A DNA stretch of 64,000 nt from the NCBI GenBank assembly GCA_965287045.1, contig OZ336886.1:10168001-10232000 (forward strand), written 5' to 3'. The notes below the pieces were generated by a model, which was given only the letters and a program-made list of their open reading frames with translations, did no database searches and was not told where the DNA came from. Positions 51,123 to 64,000 of the stretch are shown here, in pieces; positions within the stretch are counted from its first letter, which is position 1, and each line of letters begins with the position of its first letter. This DNA comes from Carcharhinus amblyrhynchos. Its lineage: Eukaryota. A program made the translations under genes and the position numbers.

Positions 51123-52391
51123 AAACCAGAAGTATGCAGAACTTGATTACTGATGACCATCTTTAAACATTCTTTTTTAAAGAAGAGTGTTATCAATGGT
51201 GATAATCAATGACCTGAACTCTACCACCTTGCCTGCCCTGAAATCAGCGCGGGCAAGATTCCCAAAAAGATATCTACGTTGACCTTGGGTGGGATTTTAC
51301 GATCTCACCCGAGTGAGGCTGTAAAATCCCACCCAATGCTTCAATAAATATTATAAGACAAGACAATGCATTACTTAATGAAATACTTCTTGAAATGCAC
51401 ATTTTTCTTAGTGCTAATGTAGAAAATATTTTTAGAAGTGCAGAATAGCAGTTTAAGCAAACTAGATGTTTACCTCCTAACTACAATATTATAATCACAT
51501 TTTTGTTAATTTTGCAAATAGATTCGCTGTCTGAGGTTTCTTGGAAGTACTGACTGTTTAATTTGTGTTCTCTCTCTAGCAGGTCAGCAATCTGGTCCAT
51601 TCATAAAATAATATGTAGGTATATATGTGCAATTTTATTTCTGCTCATGAGCAATAAAACATAGCTGAGGCTTTCTGTTGCTGACTCAATGTTCTTTCAT
51701 GTCATTCTAAGGCTACGCTATGTTTTATAGAAGCTCATGGTTCGACAGTGAGGAAGATTTGGATATTCTATTAAAATTTATGGATAAAATTTATAAGCAA
51801 GGTGATCCATTAAATGGATACAATACATAATCAGATGTTGATAAATTCAGGAAGATGGACAGTTGTTCCAGAGACAAGTATATCATGGAATTTAACAGAC
51901 TATGTACAAGATTGCAGAAATTCTATTTGCAGTTTCCTGGTTCAGTGCTTGCTTTTGAATTATTGGATCTTGCTAAAGTGTCGCACATGAATAGTCTTAA
52001 CTTGAGTTAAATTGTCAGAAAGAGACATGCTTTTGGACCAGACATCTGACACTTTAAGGAATTCCTGGGAAAGTAATCATTTGTAGCCAGTTTCATGGCA
52101 TGAATGGGACATTTGGCATTATCACAAAAGATGTAGAATATAATGCTCACAGCATTTTGACATTGTTGAGATATGGGGGACATGCATCAGTACAACGGAA
52201 GTATCAGAGACAAAAGAAATGATGATGGAAACATTTTTGCTGGACTTTGCAGATGATTGGGATGGAGTAATAATAGCAGAAGAATGAGCCCTAGGAATGC
52301 TTGGGGAATTATTTCAGATGTGACTCGAAATATCATAGTGCAATAGATGATCAAGAGTGGAACAACAGGGTTTTCTCTTTCCCATTGATAG

Positions 52392-53885
52392 GATGATGTG
52401 GAGATGCTGGCATTGGACTTGGGTGGGCAGTAAGTAGTCTCACAACACCAGGTTAAAATCCAACAAGTTTATTTGGTAGCAAAAGCTTTCGGAGTGCCGT
52501 TCCTTCATCAAGCGATTGCAGGATTTGTTTCACAAACAGGGCATATGTAAACACAAACTCAATTACAATGGTTGGAATGCGAGTCTTTACAGGTAATCAA
52601 GTCTTTACAGGGTGCGGAAAATGTGAGTGGAGAGAGGGTTAAGCACAGGTTAAAGAGATGTGAATTGTCTCCAGCCAGGGCAGTTAGTGAGATTTTGCAA
52701 GCCCAGGCAAGTCGTGAGAGTTACAGATAGTGTGACATGAACCCAAGATCCCAGTTGAGGCTGTCCTCATGTGTGCGGAACTTGGCAATCAGTTTCTGCT
52801 CAGCGATTCTGCATTGTCGTGTGTTGTGAAGGCCGCCTTGGAGAACGCTTACCCGAAGATCAGAGGCTGAATACCCGTGACTGCTGAAGTGTTCCCCGAC
52901 TGGAAGGGTACACTCCTGCCTGGTGATTGTTAAGCGGTGTTCATTCACCTGTTGTGGTAGTGTCTGCATGGTCTCCCCAATATACCATGCCTTGGGACAT
53001 CCTTTCCTGCAGCGTATCAGGTAGACAACATTGGCCGAGTCGCAAGAGTATGTACTGTGTACCCGGTGGTTGGTGAAGCCATCTCATCTCACGTGAGATG
53101 ATGGCATCCATTTCAATGATCCAGTACATCTTGCAGACGTTGCTGTGGCAAGGTTGTGTGGAATTGTGATCACTGTTCTCCTGAAGACTGGGTAGTTTGC
53201 TACGTATAATGGACCTGTTTGAGGTTGTGCAGTTGTTTGAAGGCAAGTAGTGAGGATGTGGCCTTGGTGAGATGTTCGTCTTCATTGATGACATGTTGAA
53301 GGCTCCAAAGAAGATGTCGTAGCTTCTCCGTTCCGGGGAAGTACTGGACGACAAAGGGTACTCTACCGTGTCCTGTGTTTGGCTTCTGAGGAGGTCTGTG
53401 TGGTTTTTCGCTGTGGTGCGTCGGAACTGTTGATCGATGAGTTGAGTGCCATATCCTATTCTTACAAGGGTGTCTTTCAGCATCTGGATGTGTCTGTTGC
53501 GATCCTCCTCATCTGAGCAGATCCCATGTATATGGAGGGCTTGGCCATAGGGGATGGCTTCAACATGTTTAGGGTGGAAGTTGGAGAAGTGGAGCATTAT
53601 GAGGTTATCCATGGGCTTGTGGTCCAGGGAAGTGCTGAGGTGACCGTCCTTGATGGAGATGTGTGTGTCCAAGAATGCAACCGATTTTGGAGAGTAGTCC
53701 TTGGTGAATCTGATGTGAGATGGAACTTATTGATGTCATCATGTAGTTGTTTTCGTGATTGTTCGCCATGAGTCCAAAGGAAGAAAATGTCATTGATGTA
53801 TCTACTGTACAGCGTTGATTGAAGGTCCTGTGCAATGAAGAAGTCTTGTTCGAACCTGTGCATGAAGGTATTGGCATATTGAGGT
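52392..53885 (-). mobile_element. Penelope-like retroelement, 3' part (RT end, GIY-YIG, terminal repeat with hammerhead remnant)
   Basis: LYSRYINDIFFLW; NEHRLTITRQECTLPVGEHFS...AEQKLIAKFRTHEDSLNWDLGFMSHY; minus-strand ttgatgaaggaacggcactccgaaagctt at about 52484-52512. Confidence 0.93.
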
Positions 53886-53899
53886 ATCCACTTGATAGG

Positions 53900-54690
53900 A
53901 TGTAGCCATTATTGGCTTAGCCCTTTCCTAATTGTCCTTGAGAAGGTGATAGTGAACTACCTTCTTGAACTGCTGTGATCTAAGTGGTGTAGGTACACCC
54001 ACAGTGCTGTTAAAGAGGGAGTTCTGGGGATTTGACCCCGCGACAGTGAAGGAACACCAAAGTATTTCTAAGGTAGGATGGTGTGTGGCTTGGACTGGAA
54101 CTTGCAGTGGCGTTGTACCCAATCATCATGGAACTTCCAGGTAGTGGTGTACCCAATCATCTGTTGACCTTGTTCTTCGAGATGGTACTGGTCATGAGCT
54201 TGGATGTTCCTGGTTTGGTGAGTTCCTGCAGTGCATCTTGTTGATGGTACACGTGGCTGCCACATTGCATCAGTGATAGAGGGATTGAATGTTTGTGGAT
54301 GGGGTGCCAATTAAGAGGTTGTTTTGTCCTAGATGATATCGCTCTTGGAGCTGTATTCATCCAGGCAAGTGGAGAATTTTCTATTACACTCCTGATTTGT
54401 GTCCTGAAGATGGTGGAAAGGCTTTGATGAGTCAGGAGATGAGCTACTTGCTGCAGGATTCCCAGACTCTGACTTATTTTTGTAACCACCATATTGGCAA
54501 TAAGCAGGAGGTTTCATAGCCTATTTCTGACCTGATGCCATGAAACTTGATGAGGTCTGAAGTTGATATTGATAACTCGCAGGATTACTCCCTCCCAACT
54601 GCACGCCACCTCTGCTGGGTCTGTCCTGCTGATGGGATAGGACATACCCAGGAGTGATAGAGGTGTTTGGGAAGTGATGCACAACATGGA
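53900..54690 (-). mobile_element. L2/CR1-group LINE 3' fragment
   Basis: SQSLGILQQVAHLLTHQSLSTIFRTQIRSVIENSPLAWM; reverse of 540-990. Confidence 0.8.
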
Positions 54691-56908
54691 AAGTTTGGAA
54701 GGGGAAGATGACAATATTGATTGGTCTGAGGGAATTGTACTGGTCACAAGAAGTTTCAGTCTGTTAATGAGTGTACAAGTCACAGATTCACTTAAGTCCA
54801 CCATTTTGAACCAATTGGTTTAAATATTGTTTAAATGCACTCAGTATAAGATCAAAAAAGGGTCAAAGAACATGGAAGTTCTACTTGTTTCAAACTAGGA
54901 CTTAAGGTCACCACAAAGGTCGATGATTCCAAGTAGAAAAGCTGAGATTAGCCACTTTACCAGTACAGATGGAGTATCTGGTGAGATGTCCTTGCTACTG
55001 ATGTAAGTCATCCATGAAAAAGGCACAAATGAAATTAGACATGGAACATATAAAGCAGTTGCCTTTGGAAAGTTAGTAGATTTGCAATTTATCCAATCAG
55101 AACATGATTGTATCCTTTTAACAAAACTAGACATCTTTAATCTTACTGTTAATGAAACGTGAATGATATCAGGTGATAGGAGTTTGAGAGATTAGAAGCA
55201 GATAGTCTTAAAGCTACATTGACAATTTGCTCATGCCTCTCAGCACAGATTAAAAATTGTACTTAAGGATGCGAGGTTAGGCGATGAAGTGTACAGCAGC
55301 TTTGTAAAGAGATTAGTGAAAAATGTAATATATGCAGAAAGTACCAGAGGATACCATCATGACTTGAACAAAGTCTCTCATTAACATGGCCCTTATTGAC
55401 TTTGTAGCTATGGACCTAAATGTGTGGAACAATGACAGAAACATCTCAATTTCACATCTCGTAGACATGGTAACATGATTATGTCTTTCTGCAGTAATAC
55501 ATGGTAAAGTCAGAAGAATGGTTGTAGATAAAATAATGGAAGATGGATTGTTACTGGACTGGAGGCACTGGCTAAATTCCAAATTGACGTGGTTGGGGAG
55601 GTGGAAGTTGTCAATGAGAAATTTGGAGACGTGCGAAAAAATGAACACTATAGCTGAAAGGACGCTGGTTATGAGGAAACATTGTGACTGGATCTCATAT
55701 AGCCACTAGCTTAGATACGATAATAGAGATTAATGTGGAGGCTTGATTTTCACTTGACGAGAGCAGGTTGCAACCAAAGCAAGGAAAAAGAATTAGTGTC
55801 ATCTCTCCAGGAAGGCAAAGTCATGCAAACATTTTGCTGCAGAAGGTTTAAGTGAGTACTGGACACTAGTGCTGAAAGAGGTTTGCATGGCCTCCCAGTA
55901 GAAAAGCAACCTAATCCAACATGCATGTTTAGACTGCTAAGTCACCGCCCCAGGGAAGTGCCAGCATCTCAGTGAAGCACAATTCTACGGCAATCCCTCG
56001 GAATGACATAATTTGTCGCCTCACCACCGTCACTCCCACCTGTGCTCTTGCAGTTGTCTGTCAGCCAATCAGTTTTTTGCCTTCCATGCCTAGGTGCTGC
56101 AGTCCAAAGTCAGATTTTCTAGGCCCATAGCTATACAAGAACATCCTGCAAGGTTATTTGCAGTCTCCCCTCTGAAAGTCAGCAATCTTCTATCAGCCAT
56201 GCTATAGCCACTGGGGTTACAGTATGTAGGAGCTAGGCAAAGGCACCTGCAAGAGATGCACCAAAGTGAATGCACAAGGGTGCCTGTTTGAGTTTTGCAA
56301 GGAATATTAGCTATTTTGTTCAATGAATATTCTGCTTCACTGAGACAAACTGAGGAGCTGTCAATGACTTGTGATAAGCAGGAAAGCATTTTATTGGGCA
56401 TTGTCCCAAGAGCTGTCACAGCCTTTTCATCACAGTCCTCATCATCAGTATCTTGTAGAATCTCAGGCTTCTGAACCTGTTGGCTTTGTCACTTCCTTTC
56501 TCTTTCTCCATGTCCTTCTGAAATATCAAATACCCTTAAACATTCAGACTTCAGCCTTGGTCACATTGTAACTAGGTGTCTGCAATGGCTGTTGTATCAT
56601 ATTCATTTATTTCTACTTGTCCTATCAATTCAGCCATCTTGTAATAGAGAAAAACATAAGAACTAGGAGCAGGAGTAGACCATTTGGAGCAAGCTTGCTC
56701 TGCCATTCGGTAGGATCATGGGTGATCTTTTTGTGGACTGCTGTGTAAAGAGCTCTTCACCCTGTCTTTTTACTATTTGTCCCTACTCTGGCCTTACTTG
56801 CTGATGTATTCATACATTCTTGCCCTGCTTACCATTACCCACATTGCTATCCTTTACTATTGCCTTCTCCTTTCCCTTTAGCATTCCAAATCTCCCCTCA
56901 CTTGTAAA

Positions 56909-57148
56909 TGGTAGCCATGGTGTGGAGATGTCAGCTTTGGACTTGGGTAGGCACAGTAAGAAGTCTCACAACACTAGGTTAAAGTCCAACAGGTTTATTT
57001 GGTAGTACAAGCTTTCAGAGTGTGTCGCCCCTTCATCAGGTGAGTGAACCTGACTATCTGATGAAGGCCCAGCGTGCTGAAAGCTTGGGCTACCAAATAA
57101 ACCTGTTACACTTCAACGTGGTGTTGTGAGACTTCTTACTGTGCTCAC
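56909..57148. mobile_element. Palindromic non-autonomous Penelope-derived element flanked by a 12-bp direct repeat
   Basis: Arms gcacagtaagaagtctcacaacac...ccttcatcag / ctgatgaagg...gtgttgtgagacttcttactgtgc; ctcacttgtaaa at 56897-56908 and 57144-57155. Confidence 0.85.
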
Positions 57149-57688
57149 TTGTAAAGCAATAATGCTTGCATCACCCCGGTACCAGTTTAAAACACTTTCC
57201 CAATCTAGAGAAAAAAAAAAGACCCTTAAAACTCCCCAACTAATCACTTACCAACTCATTCAATTAATGCCTCAGGGCTTTGGCTTGCGGGTTTTGAATT
57301 TGATCAGTTTGAACTAAATTAAGCTTACCAAGAAACTCAGCTCACTGGCTCTTTGTCCTGTGACCTCACTTCATTTTCAGGTCATCTAAATTCCACAAAG
57401 CTCTGGTTGCTCAGCGCCCATGTTTGTTCGGTGAACCAACCACCTACTGCTTCCCTGTTTTTTATATATTAACTGGTAGCTGTGTTCTCTATACCAGCAC
57501 AGTGTGATTCCGCTATTTGCCTTGGATTGACTCTTTCTACCACTGTGACTCTCACTGTCGTTCAACTCCTGGCCTCACTTTTTATGTGCTGTCACTCTCA
57601 CTCAACTGTAAGCGCAACTGGATTGGGTTTCTATGCTGTTTTGTAGCTTCCACCAGGGATAGGATTCACTTACCAGTCTCTCAGAACT

Positions 57689-57787
57689 ATGGGTGGAATT
57701 TTACATACCCGTCAGCGTGGAGCTGTAAAATGCAGCAAGCCATTCAGAAGTCCATTGACTTCAGCAGGACCATAAAATTCCACCCAT
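57689..57787. mobile_element. MITE of about 100 bp
   Basis: Perfect 15-bp TIR atgggtggaatttta / taaaattccacccat. Confidence 0.8.
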
Positions 57788-58256
57788 GAGATCAATTTCT
57801 ATGAATGCAGTGGTAAGTTGCAATATTGCTTTTTATGGCTACTCATTGGAAGTGGCCACCAGAGATCCTGTGATGCAATTCACTGCTTTGCCACACTTTG
57901 TGTTGAGATATTTTTGCATGAAGACTTAAGTCTGGGTAGGTTCCTTGGGATGCTGCTGCCTTCTAATTGTCTGGCATCTAGACAAGTTTACATATGAACA
58001 TGTTTGAAACCAGAGTCTGGATTTCCTCCTTTGAGATGGGAATAGGGAGGTGGTTTCAGTCCTGGGTCATGAACCTGTCTCTGTTGCCTGCCTGTTGGAG
58101 GCGTGGCTGAGATCTCAATTGGCCTACAGTTGGGTCTACTATCCAATTAAGCAGATCCAAGGCAGAAACACAGTGGGCCAAGTACGGAGTGGGCATTCCA
58201 ATAGCCTGCCTCTGTCGCATCCCAGTTTGGTGTGAGAGAATCTTGTCGCTCAAAAA

Positions 58257-58582
58257 TAGACTTAGAATCACTACAGTACAGAAAGAGGCCCATCGAGCCC
58301 TCACCACAATCCCACCCAGGCCCTATTCTCATATCCCTACATATTTACTCACTAATCCCTCTAACCTATGCATCTCAAGATACGAAGGACAATTTTTAGC
58401 ATGGCCAATCAACCTAACCTGCACATCTTTGGACTGTGGGAGGAAACCGGAGCACCCGGAGGAAACCCACACAGACACGAGGAGAATGTGCAAACTCCAC
58501 ACAGACAGTGACCCAAACCGGGAATTGAACCCAGGTCCCTGGAGCTGTGAAGCAGCAATGCTAACCACGGTGCTGCCATGCC
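58257..58582 (-). mobile_element. HE1-type SINE
   Basis: Reverse complement of 18841-19177. Confidence 0.92.
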
Positions 58583-60969
58583 ACCCATGCTAACGATCAA
58601 AAACCAACTTTATGTATGTCGTATCTTGCAAAGACAGGTGACCACCAAGTAGGTTAATGAATCAACAGTTTTACTTCAATGAAGGAAGTAACAGTGTTCA
58701 GAGAATGATATAAAGACGACCGTACTTCATGCCTCCAGACTCCTAACTGGCAGGAAAAACTCGGACTCAGCTCCAGGATTTGCATGGTCTGGCCTGATTG
58801 GCCAAGCAGGTCACATGTCACTCCAAGCGCGTGCTTCTGCAATATAGATTTATAGTGCAACTTTAAGGACTAGAAGTTGGTTTAACCTCAGATGAAGAGA
58901 AAGTTTGTTATTCAACCGTAACTATGCCAAAAGTGAAGCAAAGCCAAACTTTCTCATTCAAAGGATAGGTGATCCTTTTTTTTAATTTGGAGTGAAGATA
59001 TATTCCCACTGGAGAGGCTGAAGGATTTGAGCTAAATGGGCCACTGTACACGCGCTGATCTGTCAGCGGAGATCGGCACATGTGCAGTGGAACCACACTG
59101 CCGGCCTCCCAATTGCTGCGCAGTTCGACCCCTCACTGCTGGCCCTACGACCCTGCCACAGCCCAATCGCTGGTTCCCCGAACATGTTTGAGGCAGCCTC
59201 GACCCCGCTGCAGCCTGCCTCAATGTCCCCTGCAGCCCCGATCTCCCGATCTGCCCCTGCAGTCTCAACATGTCCCCTGTAGTTCCAATGTCCCCAGCAG
59301 GCTAACCACCTCCACCGTCCCCTCCAGTGGCCAGCCCCAATCACTGGCCTACCTCCCTCAGCCCAAATGCAGAGTGGCAGTGGCGCCCCACACCCTCACC
59401 GAACTCCCCCATCTGCACTGCCCAATACCAGGTGGGCAGTGCCGGGGTCCCAGGCTGGCACTGCTAAGGTGACAATGTCTGGGAGCAGCCCCCATCCCCC
59501 CGGTCGCCCAGCCCTCTGAGGGGCCTCGATTGTCTCCCTTCATTCCAGCAGGATTAGGCTGCCTTGGGGAGCTGTAATAATCCCCACTGGAATGAACCGC
59601 TGCTCGCGGGGGAGGAGATTTCAGCCCTGGGCACTCTAATGAGATTTTAATTCCAGAGAAATGAAGGTTACTGTAAACTCTGCAACTCACGGAGCTGACG
59701 GCACTGGAAATCCAGCCGCCAGAGATTTGCGGATAAAACTGCAGTTCATCAAAACTGCCACTGAACCACATTTCTGAGTTGTTCGTGTCTCTTGTAGCCT
59801 GCAATTCTGTTGAGATACAGATGTAAGTTTTAAAGTGTGGCCGTCTGGCATTTTGGGATGGAAATTGAGTGTTGCGTGCAATTCACCATGATGCAGATGA
59901 GAATTTGGGGATTTGGAGGGAGCTAAGCAGGAGTAAAGGAAAATAATAAATTCCCCTGGATTGGCAGTGTACAAGTGTCAGGGTTTTCATTTGTAGTTTC
60001 ATAATTCAATACTGAAATTGTACCTAATACGGCATCTAAATGGAGGAAAGTCGAGACCAGCACTGACATTATCAGTGACTGCTTCCCAGGCTTGCTGCCT
60101 GTCTCAAGGCATTGCTATCTGTGCAACCACCCAAAAATTCCTTACCAAGCCTTTCAGTCTTTTTGTGAAGTGTGCTTTGCACTGCTGCCTTGCAGCTGCC
60201 ATTTGAGGATGAGTGTTGCTCCAACTTGCAATAATTGTAACAAGCCCTTAAACTCCATATCACCTCACTTGTTTGCCCTGTGAGCAGTTGTGATCCTAAA
60301 AATGCAAACCTGCAGCCCTGACTTTACACTGAACCATTTAATTGGGTTAAAAATCCAGGGACTACAGGTCTATGACTTCCTTATTAGTGCCTATGTAAAT
60401 GCTGCCCCTTGCCAGAAGCACCTGATTGTGAACCAGCCTCTAATTTTTGACTTGTTGCGTCTCCAATTGAATAACCAGAACAAAATGTTTAATCCTGTTG
60501 ATGGACATTGTTTGCAACTAAATACTTAATTCTCATGTGTGCAATTCCTTTGTTATTTCAGCGGAGACATTAAACTGATTCTTCTCTGTCTCTGGACATA
60601 TTGTTATTCTACTTATTCAAGTTCTAGTAAACAGCTGTTCATTGTGCTTTCTCTGAAGATTGATGGCTAAATTCTCTATGGTAGAAACTTCCAGTGTTCA
60701 ATCACACAATCAATTACACTCAGGAGCCCCTAATTGTTTTTTCTTGCTGAAAAGAAGATCTGTGTGACAATAAACTGGAATGTTCTTCAATTGATAATGA
60801 AACAATTTCACCAACGTAGCAATTAGCATGAGCCCACAGCATGCAAGCAGTTACTGTGAGTGTGGGGAAAATCCATCTAAAATGGGTTAGGAACCTCAGA
60901 TTGGTACATTATACTTGACGACCTTTAACTGCTGTATTATAACCATGCTTCCTTTTCTATATGTTTTAG

Positions 60970-61049
60970 GCAACTGATCGTGAGAGGGACCCAATCACCT
61001 ATCACATTCAAAATGGAGATCCGCAGCATGTTTTTAACATTACACAAAA
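60970..61049 (+). CDS. PCDH15: PCDH15 coding exon, 80 bp (EC6); absent from the ORF track
   Basis: atgttttAG|GCA...AA|GTAAGA. Translates ATDRERDPITYHIQNGDPQHVFNITQ, versus recalled human [26 protein letters not shown]. Confidence 0.95.
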
Positions 61050-61426
61050 GTAAGACAAAATTGATAACCTGACAAATGTAGCCAATGTGACTCATTAAGT
61101 GAATGTCATGACTATGCATGATGGGAAATTTGGGGATGGACTCAGCATGCCACATTCACTGCCAACACTTTCCTCCCCATTCATTTCATTGCTATAGCGT
61201 GATGTGTGGCGGTCTTTGGAGACAAGAGTATGTCAAGTTTTTAAGTTGTATGATTGTAAATGAATGTGGTCCTACTGAAGTATTCAGTTGTACATATGAT
61301 GGTATGAAAAAGATACAAGGTGAGATGGTAGCTTGGCAAGAGCATTGGGGTAAATGTGCAACATGTTGACAGGTAACATGGGTATCATGCAATCATGGGC
61401 CAATTGGAGTGTGCCACTTACTTATT

Positions 61427-61734
61427 ATAGAATCCCTACAGTGCAGATGGAGGCCATTAGGCCCATCGAGTCTGCACTGACTCATACCTAGGCTTACCCT
61501 GTGACCCCACTCATTTACCCGGTAACCTTAATACGTGGGACATTGAGGTGCAAGTTATCATGGTCAATCAACCTAACCCACGCATTTTTGGACTGTGGGA
61601 GAAAACTGGAGCACTCAGAGGAAACCCACACAGACACAAGGAGAATGTGCAAACTTCACACATGCAGTCATCCGAGGCCAGAATGGAACTTGGCACTGTG
61701 AGGCAGCAGTGCTAACCACTTGTGCCACCATGCC
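61427..61734 (-). mobile_element. HE1-type SINE
   Basis: Homologous to the other HE1 copies. Confidence 0.9.
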
Positions 61735-63439
61735 ACTTTCTGCTGCATCTGTTCATCAATTCTACTGGAGACTAGTAACACCACCATTACTCAATTGGAT
61801 AGTGCTCTGTTAACCTATTTCAGACAATAGCACTTCCATTTCTCCTATCCCCAACGAAACAATCAGTTGTTGTCATTCCACCATGTGCTCATAGATCACA
61901 TTACAAGGGCTGAATAATACAGGGAAGTACAGATGGCATCCCTCTAACTGGAAACAACATTGGCGAGGAGCCTGTATGGTCCACATGCCTCATGTCCTAT
62001 GGCCATAAAGCGCTACAGGGTGGGTTATTGAGGGCAGGGTATGAAGGGGGGGTGGACATCTCAGTCTTCGGAGTTGTTGGCCGATCAATCCCGAAAGCTC
62101 CAGGAAACCATCAGTGACCTTGCTGGAACTGCAGAAGCAAAAGCAGATCAAGACCCGTAGATTGCTGGAGCAGCTGTGTCCAAGTTCTTGGGCTACAAAG
62201 ATTGGGGTAGGCTAGGGAGACGGGCACAGAAGGGGAAAGAGGACAAATGGTGTTATTGAGGCAGGAGCAGCTGAGAAGGAAGGGGAATGGTTTGACATAG
62301 GGTGGGGGAGGGGGGCACTCCATGATTGACAAAGTGCAGCCCTGAAACACGATGACCGCCTTTTTTCTTCCCATCCTTTAAATATTTAAGTTCAGGTTTG
62401 GGCACCCTGCTGCCCACACCAAACATTTTATGGAATGGATTGCATATTATCAGAATCATAGAATACTATAGTGCAGAAGAGGTCCTTTGGCCCTTCAAGT
62501 CTGCACCAGTGCATGAAAGGTCCTCCCCTGCCCCACCTAATCCCACTTGTCAGCACATGGCCCATAGCCTTGAATGTGTTATGTGTGCCAAGTACTCATC
62601 CAAATCATAATGGGGCTTGATAAATAGCCTAATTTGGCCCTTGCGTTATTCACTTCAATCTGGTGGGTGGACAGCTGATTTCAGCCTACCCCCCTCCTCT
62701 GTATTATGGACTGTTCGGGGTCGGATGGGAAGGTAGTGGTATGGATGGCCACCCTATTTGCATGCCACCTCCCAGATGGGAAATGTATCCACCAGTGGCA
62801 CATAAGATCAAGACCCATGTCTTTGTTTTGTGTTTGCTTTCATTTAATATTCTCTGCCACCTCTTTCTCTCTCTCCTTTACAATTTATTTTTCATCCCAT
62901 TTTAAAGGCTGCAAGAATTTATGACCATGACCCCACTACATACAGTCATACACTTCCAAATTCAAGGGCAAAGCTGCTCAGGAAGCTTAAGATCATTGTT
63001 TAAATGAATTAAATGCTGCAAATTGGTGGAAACCAGCTTGCTGGTATTTTGATTGGCACATGTCAGGTGCAAAGTGTTACCAGCTGCACTTAACCAGGAA
63101 AATCTGTCCACATTTCAATTTCCCTTGCAGTCATAAAACCATCCCCTTGTGCTACCCATCTTATCAGCTTGGAAAATTAAGATGGAAGAGTAAAATCTTA
63201 TTTTTCATGGAGTAGAACTACTACTGATAGATAACATCTAAACTGAAAAACATGTTTTCCCACACTTTAAATCATTCAAAAACGTGAGCCAGATTAGTTC
63301 TGGGCATTTTGATGACAGCAAAACTATGAACAAAATGCATCGTGATTTCACCCTTTGAACATCTGACAAAATCCGAGTCAAGGAAGAAATCAGGTCGTAG
63401 AAGCACCAAGTATTTATTTTTAAAGGAGTTAAGTAATCT

Positions 63440-63660
63440 GTTGAACAAATCCTGAAATCAAATGTCTCTCAGAAGCAGAGTTCCTAAGTTTGCTTGTGCT
63501 CTTTAAACAAAGACAGTTTCATTGGCTAAGGCATGAGTGCAAAATGGAAGACATTTGCATACCCAAGGACATTCTCTATGTTGAGTTAACCGGAAACAGC
63601 CAGCCAGTAGGATGCCCAAAGGTCCACTTCAAGGATGCTTGCAAGAAAGATCCTAAACAC
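63440..63660 (+). mobile_element. RTE-clade LINE fragment
   Basis: LFKQRQFHWLRHECKMEDICIPKDILYVELTGNSQPVGCPKVHFKDACKKD matches the RTE C-terminal pattern RWLGHV.RM...IPK.LLYGEL...GRP...FKD..K.D. Confidence 0.8.
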
Positions 63661-63661
63661 A

Positions 63662-63997
63662 GGGGAGGTGATGGCCTAGCATTATTATTGCTAGACTATT
63701 AATCCAGAATCTCAGCTAATGTTCTGGGGACCTGGGTTTAAATCCCACCCTGGTAGATGGTGGAATTTGAATTCAATAAAATGTATCTGGAATTAAGAAT
63801 CTGCTGATGATCATGAACCCATTGTCGATTATCAGGTTCACTAATGACCTTTAAGGGAGGAAATCTGCAGTGACTCCAAAGCCACAGCAACGTGTTTGAG
63901 TATTTAGCTACCCTCCAAGAGCAACTAGGGATGAGGGATAAGTAAGTGCTGGCCAGCCAGCAACACCCATGTCCCATGAATGAATTTAAAAAAAAAC
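63662..63997 (+). mobile_element. tRNA-headed SINE (same family as 1-325)
   Basis: ggggaggtgatggcctagc head; cccatgaatgaatttaaaaaaaaa tail. Confidence 0.88.
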
Positions 63998-64000
63998 ACA

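Larger units (their letters stand above)
51600..55740 (+). mobile_element. Decayed Copia-order LTR retrotransposon (gag about 51700-52100; protease and integrase about 54700-55740), split by nested insertions
   Basis: gag-like EEDLDILLKFMDKIYKQGD...YIMEFNRLCTRLQK...SVLAFELLD; later KLH*QFAHASQHRLKIVLKDA...EKCNICRKY...VAMDL, a zinc-binding region and integrase start directly after a protease-like region. Confidence 0.6.

Noticed and set aside
55950-56420. Possible Harbinger transposase remnant (also about 61900-62350)
   Set aside because: Similarity is too weak to call without a profile search.
1-64000. CRISPR array or prokaryotic operon/defence system
   Set aside because: No regularly spaced repeats and no dense coding; the sequence is vertebrate intron/exon DNA.

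Overview
This is eukaryotic genomic DNA, very probably from a shark, inferred from its HE1-type and Deu-type SINEs and its CR1 and Penelope repertoire. The window lies inside a + strand protocadherin-15 (PCDH15) gene. Six canonical coding exons (207, 135, 150, 194, 133 and 80 bp, all AG/GT-bounded and splicing in frame) encode roughly the end of EC3 to EC6. A 21-nt candidate microexon (VPSHATP) sits at the position of mammalian alternative exon 12a. The introns are mostly transposon debris: CR1, L2/CR1-group, Rex1 and RTE LINEs, three SINE families, Penelope-like elements with minimal hammerhead ribozymes, decayed Gypsy and Copia-order LTR elements, and hAT-type and other MITEs. Almost all ORFs in the supplied track are spurious or TE-derived. 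The main observations are: (1) a Penelope terminal repeat with about 14 clustered A>G changes in ADAR-preferred contexts that destroy its hammerhead core, apparently a hyper-edited RNA fixed in the genome; (2) the microexon; (3) a U6 snRNA 3'-half fragment 137 bp upstream of the microexon; (4) a local inverted duplication with arms of about 620 bp. All homology calls come from recalled sequence, not from database searches.
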